DNA of 64,000 nt from contig OZ024740.1 in the NCBI GenBank assembly GCA_964016885.1, positions 264,430,001 to 264,494,000 on the forward strand, read 5' to 3'. A program made the translations under genes and the position numbers. Numbering within the stretch: the first letter of the stretch is position 1; each line of letters starts with the position of its first letter. Under the pieces are notes generated by a model that was not told the DNA's origin, searched no databases, and saw nothing but the letters and a program-made list of their open reading frames with translations. This document shows positions 25,572 through 40,060 of the stretch, piece by piece. The stretch comes from Eledone cirrhosa. Its lineage: Eukaryota.

Positions 25572-26628
25572 TGGAGAAAAAAATTTACGAAATGGAAATG
25601 CGGGTATATAGAATTTATTAGGTAACAATTGTTTCTATAGTGTATGAGTTACCTATACCTCGCTATTTGAATAATACACAAATATTATCAAAAACCGAAA
25701 GTACACTGTAAGCCAACACACCATGTCATCAGACCTTTGTATTAGAATGATATGAAAATATTTTATACACTAGATAAAAGATAAAGAAGGAGGTAGGAAG
25801 AGAAGGGGAAGAGGGAAGTGAGTAAGGTGGGGGGAGTCTTAGGGTTTAAGACTGTCAGACTAGTCAAGATTGTGAAGAGAGAATGTTTTGGCAGCAGTTA
25901 GCTTAATGAGGCGTGCTAAGGTTGGCTGGGAAGTAGATACTTCTAGTGGTGTTGTTCGGACAAAATTCAGTTAGAGGGGTCAAAGTGGTACAATGTCACA
26001 GACAAGTTATTAGGGCCATTATAGTAGCAGGTTATTTCTAAAGGGGTCCAGAAAAACAGTGTTTAGTACTATTACTATAGAAAGCCATATCTAGTGTATA
26101 AACATATAAAACAGAAATTTGCAAACGTTGGTGTAAAAAGGTAACATTATATGCATTTAAAAAAAGAAAAAGTCGTTTTCAAACGATGGTTACAGTATAG
26201 AGAACGTTCAATTTTGCTGTTCAAAAGTTTGTTTACCGACGTTAAAATGCAGTATATCTCTAAGTTGCATAACTTGCAGAATCGATGATTTTGCTGATAT
26301 GCAGGCGCAGCTGCAATAATTTGCCAATCAAGGGAGAACGCTTGATTGTTTCTCCGAAGCTGCCAGGCTTTATCGGCGAGGGTTGTTACGGAGCGCATTT
26401 TCTCGTGCCTGATCGAAGATCGATGTTGGTATAGGCGAGCCTTGAAAGAAGTTGCGGTACATCCGACTTAATACCATTTGTTGGTCCCGGAATTTATTGT
26501 ACACCGGTAGACAATATTGCGTGCTAGGCACTGGTTATTCAGTGGGCACGTACCTGGTTTGGTGCAGTTACAACTATTTTTATGTTTTGCAGTAGAATCC
26601 TGGATAGTTTGGTGGGGTATTGGTAGTA
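25572..26628 (-). mobile_element. Naiad-type PLE family E 3' fragment (GIY-YIG plus pLTR)
   Basis: CNCTKPGTCPLNNQCLARNIVY...Y*VGCTATSFKARLYQH...CKLCNLE...LNSKIE (stop at 26147). Confidence 0.85.
25620..25736 (-). ncRNA. Type I hammerhead with ~90-nt helix II
   Basis: AGGU-CUGAUGA-[long imperfect hairpin]-GAAA-CAAUUG-UU-ACCU. Confidence 0.75.
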
Positions 26629-26642
26629 TTTATATATATATG

Positions 26643-26677
<35 letters not shown>

Positions 26678-26682
26678 ATATA

Positions 26683-26724
<42 letters not shown>

Positions 26725-27295
26725 AATAATGATGGCTGCGCGTTGCAAATGGTGGTGCATATGAAAAAGTAAGTCCTTCATCAGTGACCCTCCAACCGCC
26801 CCAGGCATTTCATCGCTTTAAGGGCCATATGCCTCAGGTTGGTCCGAACAACGGCTAAAAAAAGTCGTTGGGACACGTAAATAAAGGGGACGTTAGGGTA
26901 ACAAACAAAATGGTTTAAGCAACGGAAAGTGAGAAGAAATAGACAAGTCCCAGATCTCTATGAATATAAACTCGGTGAAATTGTGAACAAGAGACAAAAC
27001 ACCAGCAAACCTGGTTGAAATGTGAGCAAGGAAGGAATTTCGCACAGGTCTAACGGGGGGGAAGAAAAAGAAGAAGAAGAAGAAGAAGAAGAAGAAGAAG
27101 AAGAAGAAGAAGAAGAAGAAGAAGAAGAAGAAGAAGAAGAAGGGGTCTGGTCTACGAATTCGGTAAACATAAGTTTTGTGAAGTCGCAGACGAAAGAGAG
27201 GGAGAGAAAAAAATTCCATACCAGCTTGACCAAGACCGCGCGAGAAAAGAATTACACACAGGTCAAACTTGAAGGAGGAGGAGGAAAGAGGAGGA

Positions 27296-27296
<1 letters not shown>
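26725..27296 (-). mobile_element. Non-coding repeat carrying a permuted hammerhead; internal (GAA)n expansion at 27068-27141
   Basis: Diverged homolog of 58150-58600. Confidence 0.75.
26772..26842 (-). ncRNA. Candidate non-circularly permuted hammerhead ribozyme
   Basis: CCAACCug-AGGCA-UA-UGGCCCU-uaaagcgau-GAAA-UGCCU-ggggc-GGUUGG-AGGGUCA-CUGAUGA-aggac; helices I and III covary with the 58-59 kb copies. Confidence 0.65.
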
Positions 27297-27326
<30 letters not shown>

Positions 27327-27399
27327 TTTATATACATTTATATATATATATATATATATATGAAATATAAGAATCAAAGAACTGTTCAAAACATTATTG

Positions 27400-27446
27400 T
27401 GCTTACAGCTGTTTCCTCCAAACCGAGGTTTGGATTCTTCGGAGCA
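27400..27446 (-). ncRNA. Type I hammerhead, U4C core
   Basis: UGCU-CCGAAGA-a-UCCAAACC-uc-GGUUUGGA-g-GAAA-CAGCUG-UA-AGCA. Confidence 0.65.
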
Positions 27447-27449
27447 ATT

Positions 27450-28200
27450 TATTAATGCATGGACAGTTATATGACCTCCTTTTCAGCCGAGAGACATACC
27501 AACACATATTCAAACATTGATACATATTCAAACATTGTGGGTCAACATTCATTACAGAATTTAGAGTGGCAGTACACACTTCGAGATTACATTTATATTA
27601 ATAGGTACAATCAAAAATCAAAGATATAGGTTAAAGTACAACATGAAGATAAGTGGTTATATAGTGCAAATGTTATATGTGTGGCACGCATGTGCGTCTT
27701 GTTTATATAGTGTGGCAGAGAGATATGTGTGGTAGAGGCACTTAGGTAGGTAAATAAGAGTGTTAGGTTGGTAGATCTGGTGGCAAAGTCTTTATATGAT
27801 TGATGTAGTCTGTGTGTGGAGAAATATTATAAGCATTAAAGATAGTGCAAGCATTAAAAGTGTTATAAGTATTGGAGATGCACAGCGCAGGGATGTCAAG
27901 TAATTCATGTACTTCGGCATTTTCATGGTCAAGGGAGTGTATATTTCGATTATATGCCTTTCACATAATCCACGACAATCCAATTAGAGATCGTAGTCTG
28001 GTGTTCTTTAGTTCGATACAGGAGGTTGTTACGTTTCGAGAAACGCCATTGAATACCGGAAGAGTGTGTGTGGCTAAGGGGAGTTAATGCATGCGGGGAG
28101 GTAACTCTGGGGTTTCCATATCTAGCCATTAAAATGTGTCCCAATATAGACCCTAAAATTCTATGGTGAGGTGCACCTTCCAAGAGAGACTTTTAAAGCA
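27450..28200 (-). pseudogene. Decayed PLE GIY-YIG remnant upstream of the 27.4-kb HHR
   Basis: LLYRTKEHQTTI and HSLDHENAEV in different frames resemble the PLE EN C-half. Confidence 0.35.
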
Positions 28201-28766
28201 TAAAGTGTACTAACTATAGAGTAGTTTAACTAAATTATGCTGAAGGTGATCATATTATTATTAAGGTGGATTAACCCATCATAAGGTGCTACAAATGGAA
28301 ATTATAGATGATGAGCGAGGATTCTAAATTAATGATCTCTGTGGTTGTAGTCTGCTCATATGGCCAGGCGCGGTGATTGCAGGATTGCTTTAGGACCCAA
28401 TGATCTCTGGTAAGATCTGGGTCATCACTTGCTACATTGGATGTCGAAAGATAATCGTCCCCAGGCAGGCCAAAGGTCAATCCGCAGTACTCGCGACCCC
28501 TCTCTGACCGTCAGATCATCCATATACGTACAACCCGCACGGCAGTTGCATTGCATTCACTCACTGCGCTCCGCAGCCCGGTCCTACTGGTCAACAGCGC
28601 TACTCGATTAAATCATTTTACATCTGTCTAAGGAAGGTGTTTCCTCTGCCCAACACCATCCAACCGATCAATTCATGCTCAAATTACCCTATTTAGGGTG
28701 TGTGTAAAATACTTACAACTGCTTAAGGTTTTGTGTTTACATAACCATAAATAGTATAACTAATAC

Positions 28767-28852
<86 letters not shown>

Positions 28853-28875
28853 TGTGTATATATATATATATATAT

Positions 28876-29299
28876 AGTAATAATAATAAATTAGAAGACT
28901 AAAATCAAAAGATGGCTCCATAAGGATAAATATATATCAAATATATAAGAACCGTTGAGCAAATATATATTAAAATAACAGATTAAAGTTTAAGCAAAGA
29001 ATCGCTGCTTTCGCCATTAACGGAATCTTCTGAAACTAACAAAGTCAATCTGTAAACGCAGAAGTGGATATTTCAAAAAACGTTGCAACCAGAGGAAGAC
29101 AGGAAGACGATACTTTGGTTCGTGGAAACGTTCCCTGGCAAAGAACGGGAAAAAACGAATATAATACGTCATTAAAAGGAGCGGTGAAAAACAATTACAC
29201 GCAAAGACAGAACCACGTTTATGGTATAAAAGAGGTCGTAGACTAATGTTCTCTTAGGTGGTTCATAGAGACGTTCTCTGGCATTGAACGGAAAAAACG

Positions 29300-29346
<47 letters not shown>

Positions 29347-29557
29347 TATATAGTAATAATAAGAAATTCGAAGACGAAATCCAAAGAGGGCTCGATAAGG
29401 ATAAATATATATATCAAATATATAAGAACCGTATAGCAAATATTTATTAAAATAACAGATTCAAGTTTAAGCAAAGAATCGGTGCTTTCACCCTTAACGG
29501 GATCTTGTGAAGTGAAAGCGCGATCCTTTGCTTAAACTTTAATCTGTTATTTTAATA
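28876..29557 (-). mobile_element. Two tandem solo pLTR fragments of Naiad family B, the second with a short fold-back
   Basis: 28876-29302 and 29352-29510 align to 13025-13440; 29511-29557 is inverted. HHR at 28987-29037. Confidence 0.85.
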
Positions 29558-30520
29558 CATATATATATATAAATGGCTTTTATATTACTTTTAACTATAG
29601 CGCGTCATGATTCACGAAATCTGTATAAGAAATTTTCATTTTAATCATTGTATATCCTCCACATAATAGTCAAATGATTCGTACCAGCATTGGCAGAAGG
29701 CCATTAATGTTGGAGAAGTGGGTAGATCATTATAACGACCATAGTACTTACCTAGTACTTTATTTCATTAACAGCGGAAGGATGAAAGGCGAAGCTGACC
29801 GCAGTGGTAAAAATTATGTCTTGAATTGAACTAATTGTTTTTGCTAAATTTACAAGATATATTTGACCACTACGTAATTAGAAAGAGAGGTAGGTCAGCA
29901 TTACCTTCTGTTTATTATACATATTGATTTCATATGCTGTGAATTCGTTCGTGACATGCTTGGCCATTATCCAAATTCTGTACTTACATTCTCTGCTTGA
30001 TGTTATACTTATCTCTCTTATACCCACGTTCATATTAATAATTAATAACATCAAACGTAAGCAGTGTGGATGTATAAGTAGCTACAATCAGATTACTCCA
30101 GGGTCTTAAATAATCGCAACACCCCCACCCCCACACGCATACAAACTTATTAGTTTTTCGGATCTTTTTCCTACTACCACTATTTTATTTCAACCTCATT
30201 TCCTATCAAATTTTACTAATCTAACTAATCTAACGAAATTGTATTTTAAGTTGTAGCATTCCTGCGATTATTAATTTTATTAAGACATTAAAAAACATTA
30301 TACATGAGAAACATAGAACATTACAAGAAATCACATACATTACCAAATAAATAGAATGGGTCAGGTTCTCAATATGTAAACTAAACCACTAATTTTGGTT
30401 TTAAAAAAAAACCTCAAGGCAGACAACTCGATTTTCCACCCTACCCCTAATAAGGAAGAAAATCAACTGAAAGTACTTTGCAGAATGATCGAATTTGCGT
30501 TTTAAATAATCCTGACAATT

Positions 30521-32456
30521 CACTGGTAAACAGCCAAAATGGTTCTTACATGTGAATATGGGCATCTTACTAATTTCATAGCAGTAAATTCAGTTTTGAT
30601 ATTCATTTTTTGCTATCAGACCAGAATGCCTTAATATGAGATCGAAAATATGTTCCTCGTATTGAATTATTTATCTATTGTGTAACATATGATGACTTAG
30701 ATATAAACATATTAACTTATTAATAAAAATATATAAACATATTTTTATTTTTTTTTTTAACACTTAGTATATTAACAAAACATTTCTGAACAACATTCTG
30801 AACATAAAATATTTCAAAACATTTCTAAAAAATTTCTGGATTTTGCTTTTACGCTTGTTTTGCTGGCTCCCCTCACGTTGCAGTATCCAGCAGTAGTCGC
30901 CCATCATGTTGGGATTGAACCGACCCTGATACCTACTCTCCATTATGGCAATGTCCTGGTGAAACCTCTCTCCATGTTCATCACTGATGTCTCCTAGATT
31001 ACTTGGGAAGAAATCCAGATGAGAATGAAAGAAATGAAGCTTCAACGACATTCGTGAACACAGAGGGCGATAATTTTGTATTATAGTTTCAACAATTTCT
31101 TTATAGTTGTCTGCACGGTGGTTTCCAAGAAAGTTCTGTGTCACATCTACAAATGATTTCCTTGCATTAGTCTCCAAAGTGTTTAGTGTTTTCGTAAACT
31201 CACTATCATTAACCAGCATACGAATCTGAGGACCATTCAAAATCCCTGCTTTTAACTTTGCTTCAGATACCACTCTACCCAATTTCTTACACAAGTACAG
31301 AAACCCATTACCTGTATGATCCATGCTTTTAATAAAGTTTTTGGCCAAGCCTAATTTGAGATGTAATGGAGGGAGGAATACATGTTCTGGATCCACGAGA
31401 GGTTTGTACAGACAGTTGAATCTACCGGGTGCATCCTTTGGTCTTGTTGGCCAATCCTTCTGCATGTCGTGCTCCGCATCTGCTCTACTATTCCACACAC
31501 ATAGAAAACTCATATGCTTTGTGTAAGCAGTCTGAAGACCTAGAAGTAGACAAATTAACTTGTTTATGACGATGGCGAGGGGTTGTAATGCGGACGCCAG
31601 GTTCCAGCAAGTTTCGTTTCTTCAGTCTTGATCCCAGGAGCTCTGCCTTTTCTTTGGGTTCACTTGTATCATGTTCGTCTTGACAGTCATCATCAATAGG
31701 GGTGCTACTAGAATCAGAATCAGAGATTAGCTCGTGTTCAGCAGGTGGAACTGGAACAGGTAATTCGTCACTGTGAGGTACTGGTCGGATTGCTCACGAG
31801 ATATCGGGGTATTGAAGTGTAGTTCGTGTCTTCACAGTTATTCCTTGGATGTTTATATGGCAGAAGTAGCAATCGTTATTGTGGTCTTTTCGTTCTCGCC
31901 ACGCCATTGGTACGGCAAATGGCAAACCAGAGCTTCGTTTCCCATTCTTCCATTCACTTAGGTGATTAACACATGATCTACACACTATATGAGGTGTCCA
32001 TTTCTTGTCCTGGTCTCCTAATGGACATTTGAAGTAGCATTTGTAGTTTACTCGAACTGCTTTTTTGTGATTGGTTTCTTTATGCTTTCTGGGGTAAAGA
32101 TTCCACAAATATAGCAAAATCGGTCCGGGTCATTTACACATTTCCGGCGTTCCATCTCTCCCACTAGTCAAAGTTGTTGTGAATTATCCAAGAATAGCTG
32201 AGGATAGTTACAATTCTGTGATCTGAAACAAAAGCAGTAAGTATAAATTAGTTAACAACTAAATATAGTGGATAGAATTGGATGAAGTAATATTAGCCAC
32301 ATAGCTATGGGTCATAAACATGGATATTCTGGTTCTCAAAAACTAGACCCGATACAGCTTAACCGTTGTCATATTCAGATTCTGCACACTTGATTACCCT
32401 AGACTCATACTAAATTATACCAGAACCATGAAACGAATGTTTTTTGTTGACCAGTA
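30521..32456 (-). mobile_element. Chapaev3-type DNA transposon, internally deleted
   Basis: Imperfect TIRs CACTGGTAAACA / TGTTGACCAGT(A) flank a decayed transposase. Confidence 0.85.
30764..32155 (-). pseudogene. Chapaev3 transposase pseudogene
   Basis: MERRKCVNDPDRFCYICG; GDQDKKWTPHIVC; WRE..DHNNDCYFC; AELLGSRL; PPLHLKLGL; SLKLHFFHSHLDFF; SDEHGERFHQDI. Frameshifts and a central deletion near 31560. Confidence 0.9.
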
Positions 32457-33343
32457 TTATTAGCCATTTTTCCTGCGATATATTCCACCAGTTTATATAA
32501 CAGAGTGAATCGTCACAATTTTGTCATTGCTTTGGAGTAATGGTGCATACATTGTGAGTGAAGACGTTTCGAACATGGAATGAAGACCGAAACATACAAT
32601 CGAATTTCATCATGTACCGCACTTTCAACTCAAAGTTAATATTTCTTAAATATAAACATAACACAAGTGAATTATATCATATACATAATATATGAGGCGA
32701 AGTTTTCCGATAAATATATCTTATATTCTATTCAGTATTCCATAATTATCGAACTACTAGTAATATATAAATAAGAATGATACTACAAAAATATCAACTT
32801 ATGATAGCCTGGTGATATATTTTTTCAAAAAGTGATATAACAAATAAGCAAAATAATTTACCCCGAAATATTGTTCTTTCAAACTTTTTTAAAATTCGTA
32901 TATGTCTCAACGAAACAACATTGTAATAATGATTCTAAAATTGTGTTCATACGTAAAAGACAACAACACCCTCGTTGGCACTCGCCGATAAACACTGTAC
33001 GTCTGTACAAGGTGTTATATCTGGGGGTTCTTTGACAGCATTTATTCTAACCATCGATGATATAAACAAATTACTTCACTAGCTGTTTGTTTATGGGGCC
33101 AGAAGCGACGTCTTTATCAACCTTATTAAGGTGAATATTTTTGTAGACTACGAAAAAAAAGTTCATTAGAAGTAATAGATTCGTGTACAGCAAGCCATCT
33201 TTATTTTTTCAAGAACACAGGCGTTCTAACATTTGTATACGCATATATATACATACTAAAACAGAAACAGAAAGACGCTCGCACATACACGTACACGTAC
33301 ACGTACTCACACAAACATCTCTCTTCACCTATCGCTCTCTCTT

Positions 33344-33375
<32 letters not shown>

Positions 33376-33450
33376 TCTCTCTACTCTCTCTCTCTCTCGA
33401 CCTATCTATCTATATATATATATATGTATATATATAGTACTTCGTGTTTT

Positions 33451-33489
<39 letters not shown>

Positions 33490-33829
33490 GGGGGGGGGGG
33501 GGGAGTGCATTACTTATATGTGGATCGGTGTAAATGTGAAATGTTTTTGTTTGAATATATGGTTAGTATGCATAGTGGGATATATTTGGTTAAAATATAC
33601 CTAGTTAAAATATTATTACACTTCATATGTCGTATATTCTGCGTACGTTGCAACTGACAATTTAATTGTTTACATATGTATGTATGGTCACGTATCTCCG
33701 GCGTTTCTTGGGTATTTGAATACCTGGTGGAGCCCATTCCTCTGCATGTCTGAATACAGCAGATTTCTTCCAGAGAAGGATAGAGAGAGTGGCAGATAGG
33801 AATTGAGAAAGAGATATAGATGAACAATT

Positions 33830-33985
33830 GAGTCAAGTACTTAATTAGTACTTTTTTATCGACCCCCAATACATAAATATTAAAGTTGACCTCGGCTGGA
33901 TTTGAATTCAGAGAGAAGGAATCCAAAATGAATACGGCAAAGCATTCTATCTGAAGTTCTAAAGACTCTCCTAATGTGCCGCCTT
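33830..33985 (-). mobile_element. tRNA-derived SINE
   Basis: GTACTTTTTTATCGACCCC...AAAGTTGACCTCGGCTGGATTTGAATTC. Confidence 0.7.
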
Positions 33986-36900
33986 TGATTACATATACGT
34001 TTCCATATATACTGCAGTAATATAGCATTTAATTCTATATACAAATGTTATCAACGTGTGACTCTGTCCTCAACATGTCTCTGACGCCGCTGCGATCTTG
34101 TAGCTATTATCAAGTAATGTGCTTAGATTAAAGGCTATTATCAATAATGCTTTCTTTATTATTATTAATAACTACAGTAAATGAGCTTGTATGAATTGGT
34201 ATACACTTCTTTTTAAAGAAGCACAGACTGATCCTGGAATTAAAGACATAGAAAGACGGTAGTGAGATTGGCAATTAGTGTGTATAGTTTGCTGGTGAAG
34301 ATTATTTGAAAACACACAGAATATCATTAAATTCCAAGTCTTTTTTTTTATCATTAGATGTAAGACTGCTAACCTCTTCATTGTGTACTATTAAATCAAT
34401 ATCTCAGGAAAAGCAGAGTATCATAATCTATGATGACATTATATAAGACGGGGTATCACACCAGAGCTCATTTTCATGAAAATAGAAATAATTTGTTTAG
34501 ATTTATTGTTTCATCCCTATGATAAATTCCAGTTATAATCAATCCGTCATTTTATAAATTTATTTCACTATATCATCTAATGTATTCTTCGTGTAATTAC
34601 GATTAGTTTCTATATTGAGTGTTTGATTTGAGGGAGATTTGGTTTGATATGTGTAAGCAAGTCAATTTACCCCGAATAATATTTCTCATTGTCTCGAAAA
34701 TTTTGTTGTTTCTTTACACTAATTTCCTTATTCTATTATTTTTCCTGGTGAATATTGTTGGACACCCTTCGAGAGTTCTTGTGATCGCTGCAACATTATT
34801 ACATTTTAATACACCGGAGATTATTGAAATATTATTCACAAAACATTCTTTGAAGTCTTATTGCGGATTAAGGATTTACGATTGATCAGGAGGAAGGGGT
34901 GTATTGAGTAGAAACTGAATTTCTTGAGGAAAAAATTTGTTAAAAATGCAAAGCATGTGGAAGACGAATTGTGTTTTGTACGAAGAGATATATAGGTGGA
35001 ATAATGAGATTTGGATTATCTAAAATTATATTCTAATACAATTGATTCGAAATATATTTTGAGAGGCTCACTTTCTCTGAAAGTATCTAGTAGATTGGAT
35101 TATATAACATTAAGTCGTGGTTTTATATCGGCAGGTGCAATTTCTGTGTCATGTGAAGTAGATGACCACCGAAGTTAGTCATTTGTATAGCATATTGATA
35201 AATAATATGTAAAAGTGTGTGAGAGAGAAAGAGAGATAGAGAGAGAGAAAGAGAAAGAGAGAGGGGGTAGAGAGGAACAGGAGAGGGGTTGAAGAAAGTG
35301 ACAATTATAAGTATGAATGGGGGAAATTTAAGAACGTAAAGTGTATAGGTCACATCTAATATGTCCTTTGCAGATATAATGTTAATGATGATTAGGGCAA
35401 ATTAATATTAATTAGTGTGATAATGGTTACAAAAGTAGAATTTACCAGATGTGATTTATGATTTCAGGCACATAAATGACAATGTTATTGTTTCTGTAAA
35501 TGGAAACATCTTAAACAAAGAAGACAGAGAAAATACCCCCGGCTGCTATTGATAGAGAGATGTTTAGAAATGACCAAGTGATAAAGAGCAAATTATTGAT
35601 ATAGTATTTCTTTCGTGTATTTGATAGCTGATTTATGGTAGGTGTCGTGTCCGAGAGCGTATATCTTCTTTGCATAACACTACACAGTTTTCTATGCGCA
35701 TCCATTATCCAGTACATATGGGGAGCAGAATCCGTATGTGAATTCGCAACACAGAAGGCATTCAACATCTGAACACTAACAAATAAATTCATTTTGTGAT
35801 TATTTTAAAATCTGGTAGCGAAAGATGAGTTTTACAAAACGCCTTAGCCATATGAAAATATACTAGAGTTCCACCCCCGTATAGGAATCTTTTAGTAATA
35901 TACGAGCTCTAACATGGAATACATTTACTAAAAATTATGTCAATCTTATTCTGGAATACAGTTAATCAAAATTATGACAACACTCGCTATGTTTTGTTCT
36001 GATCGTGATCTCATCACTTACCCAACTATGGTTGGAGAAATATTTAATTAAATTTATACAATTAAAATTCTAATAAGTCTTATTTTTTATGTTATTCTCA
36101 TTACATATGTTGATATTAACTTGAATATTGTATTATTCTGCAGATGGCGTCTCCGGGTTACGTATTTATTGTGTGTTCATTAAAATGCAACTTTACTTAT
36201 CATGGCTGATACCTATGTATATGAGAGCGATATCATCCTGCTTAATCGGATCATGTGTATTTTCAATCGGAACAGTCAACTTGAAAAATACGTCAATGTT
36301 ATCTTGAGTTGCTGATACATTCGATTCATCTTGGCCTCTAACTCTAGCAGGTGGTAAGAACAGACGCGCACACATCTAATAAATATACACAAATATTCAT
36401 ATATATTTACACAGATACTTACTGACATGCGCGCACACACAAACGTACATACACACACATACAAACACACATATATATATATAGAAACAAAAAAAGTGTT
36501 TGTTTGACGTGCGCAGAACTATTCGTTGTCTAATTAGTGGGGTTTTTTGTTGTTCTTTTTTTCTTTTTTTGCCTCTTTGCCTGGCACTGCTGAATAACAC
36601 TGATGAAAGAAAACTAAACTCTGCAAGCTGCGATTCAAGAATTTCCTTGGGTTGCAGCATCCTCTCTGCGAAATTCTCTTATCTTACTGCTTCTTCTTCT
36701 GCATTTTTTACGATGCTGTTGGGATAAGGCAGCCGAGTTTCTATCGATCTCCGTCCTAATTCAATTTGTTTTCTCAACAGGTTTAATATATTTCGGAGAT
36801 TAATAGTAGTTGATTACTTATCTACTGCTTTATCTTTGTTTTCCGATATATTTTCTATTCATTGTTCGTTTTTTTTATATTATACGCATCATCCAAAGTC

Positions 36901-36986
36901 GTTTATCGTTCTTTATTCTAGCTTGGGGTAACACGTCTATTAGGTGTGAGGACAATGTCTTTGTTGAATGTGCCAGATCAAACTTT

Positions 36987-37040
<54 letters not shown>

Positions 37041-38186
37041 CATACATACATATATATACGTATATATATTTTATATATATATATGTATGTATGTATGTAT
37101 GTATCGAATTTTTTTTTTGTTCTCTTATTTTATTTCAGTAGAAATGTTTTGATGTAAGAAAGACAAATATAATTAGATAATATAGCTATACTGCAAGTTT
37201 CTCTTTTGAGTTCTTTCAGAAACATATTATAAACACACACATATGTCAATATATTATATCTCTTTAAGAAATTCCAACAGAAAGGGTGATTCCTTAGATG
37301 AAGAATGTTCTCTAGACTCCACCATATGCTGAATCACGTTAAACAAATTTACACTTATTACTCTATGTAATTATGTTTATTCGATATATATATCATTTAT
37401 TTTCCCCTTTCTTTATTCTCTTGAAATATTCTGCATTAAATGTTAACAAAGAAATCACTGAAAATTAGAATTTATTGAAAACGTCAATAGTGGATATATA
37501 TTAACATTTTAAAAATAATATTTGGCATATATGTTTCACACATATTCCAGAATGAGATCACGATATATCTTTAAATAAACTGGGAATGGTATTCATAAAG
37601 TATTGTGTCGCATACAATTGCATACATCAGAACTTATCGTATACAGGTTAAGCAGTCGAGTGGCTATTGGTGTGTATCCTTTCTCGAGCACAGGATTATT
37701 TAATAGAAATGTGCTAGTGCTATAGAAAATATTTCACATATATAAATGAAGTATGATGCACATGTAATAATGTATAGCTCTGATAATCATGTTAAATATT
37801 TAAGCTAATCGTTAGACAAAACGATCAACTCATTGTATAACATTTTAACATTAAAACATGATTTTCTGAATCGGATAGATACTCACTTCTGACGAGTTGA
37901 ACCGCATTAACGATTCCAATTTGTATGCACTAATGACCACAACGTTATTATATCCTAACCAAATGTCAAGTATATATGAAATCTTAAGAGAACATATATG
38001 ATCATAAAATATCAGAAGACTTAAGGTATTCAGTCGTAAAATGGTAAGATGTAGGAGACAGCACCGAGAGATGGTGGATATGGGCAAGACAGAGGCGATA
38101 AGCTAGAAGCATGGAGGAGGAAATGGGCTGTGATTTGATCTTCATTACCGACCAACCAAGAGGAGGTTGTTACGGTCAGTGATCAC

Positions 38187-39033
<847 letters not shown>

Positions 39034-39488
39034 TTGCCTAATAAAGTTTTAACAAAATTTGATTGCATCAACTTTACCAAGCCAAAACTGCATTCACCAA
39101 AGATGAACGAATCCCATAGATAAGAATATGTTCATATTCTTATCTATGGGAAATGCTTGTGCAACGTTAGTTGGCAAACGTGGAAACTGACAGTAAACAG
39201 CATCGACAGTTATATACAGTTACTTCTGAGTTGAGGCATTGTAATTGAGGAGTCATTGGATCATATAATGAATGTTCAGTGCTCTGTCCCTTAATCCCAT
39301 GAAGGAACATTTTGGCTTTCGTTTTTCAGAGTAGTTTCGAGGCGATAAAAAGATATACATATATAGGATGGGCTTTTCTATACACTCTTTCTGACGAATT
39401 GTCTCTGGTTTCCACTCCAGGGAGGAAGTCTTCCACTCTATGTCAACGCAAGTGAAACGGAATAAGCACCCGCCGATTGAGCCAGTGA

Positions 39489-39575
<87 letters not shown>

Positions 39576-39589
39576 TGTTATATATATAC

Positions 39590-39687
<98 letters not shown>

Positions 39688-39759
39688 GTATGTGTGTGTG
39701 TGTGTGTGCGCGTGTGTATGTGTGTGTGTGAGTGTGAGTGTGTGTTTGTGTGTGTATTC

Positions 39760-40060
39760 TTCCGTTTTGTATTTGTTTTCCAAGATTGTTTATGGGAAAA
39801 CGTGTCTTGAAACAGGTGTTGCTATATGTTGTGTGTGTGTGGGGGGGGGGGGGGGGGAGGGCTTCCATAAAAGCACATGCACCAGTTGATATTCACTTCA
39901 TGTTATTATCATAGATTCCAGTGAGTTCGTTTAATAATGATTGTTTAATTGTTCATTGTCCAAGCTCTTTCGTCACACATTTAGTGATATCTTCAGTGAT
40001 TAGTTTTGTCACGTTGTGTTTCCTCTTTGTTCTGTTTTACACCATCTTGGTGTGTTTGTT
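39760..40060 (-). mobile_element. Old diverged PLE-A-related pLTR with degenerate HHR (~39958-40001)
   Basis: TCTTTCGTCACACA...TCTTCAGTGA and tail similarity to 12750-13005. Confidence 0.6.

Noticed and set aside
26772-26842. SECIS, C/D snoRNA, twister or HDV interpretation of the AUGAA...CUGAUGA motif
   Set aside because: The spacer is too short and unpaired for SECIS, and twister/HDV pseudoknot pairings are absent. The covariation fits hammerhead helices I and III instead.
27022-27363. Poly-Glu protein ORF
   Set aside because: A (GAA)n expansion within a non-coding repeat, absent from the 58-kb homolog.
34100-38100. Possible host exons in the less repetitive stretch
   Set aside because: No recognisable protein motifs or convincing spliced frame; short exons cannot be excluded without RNA-seq.
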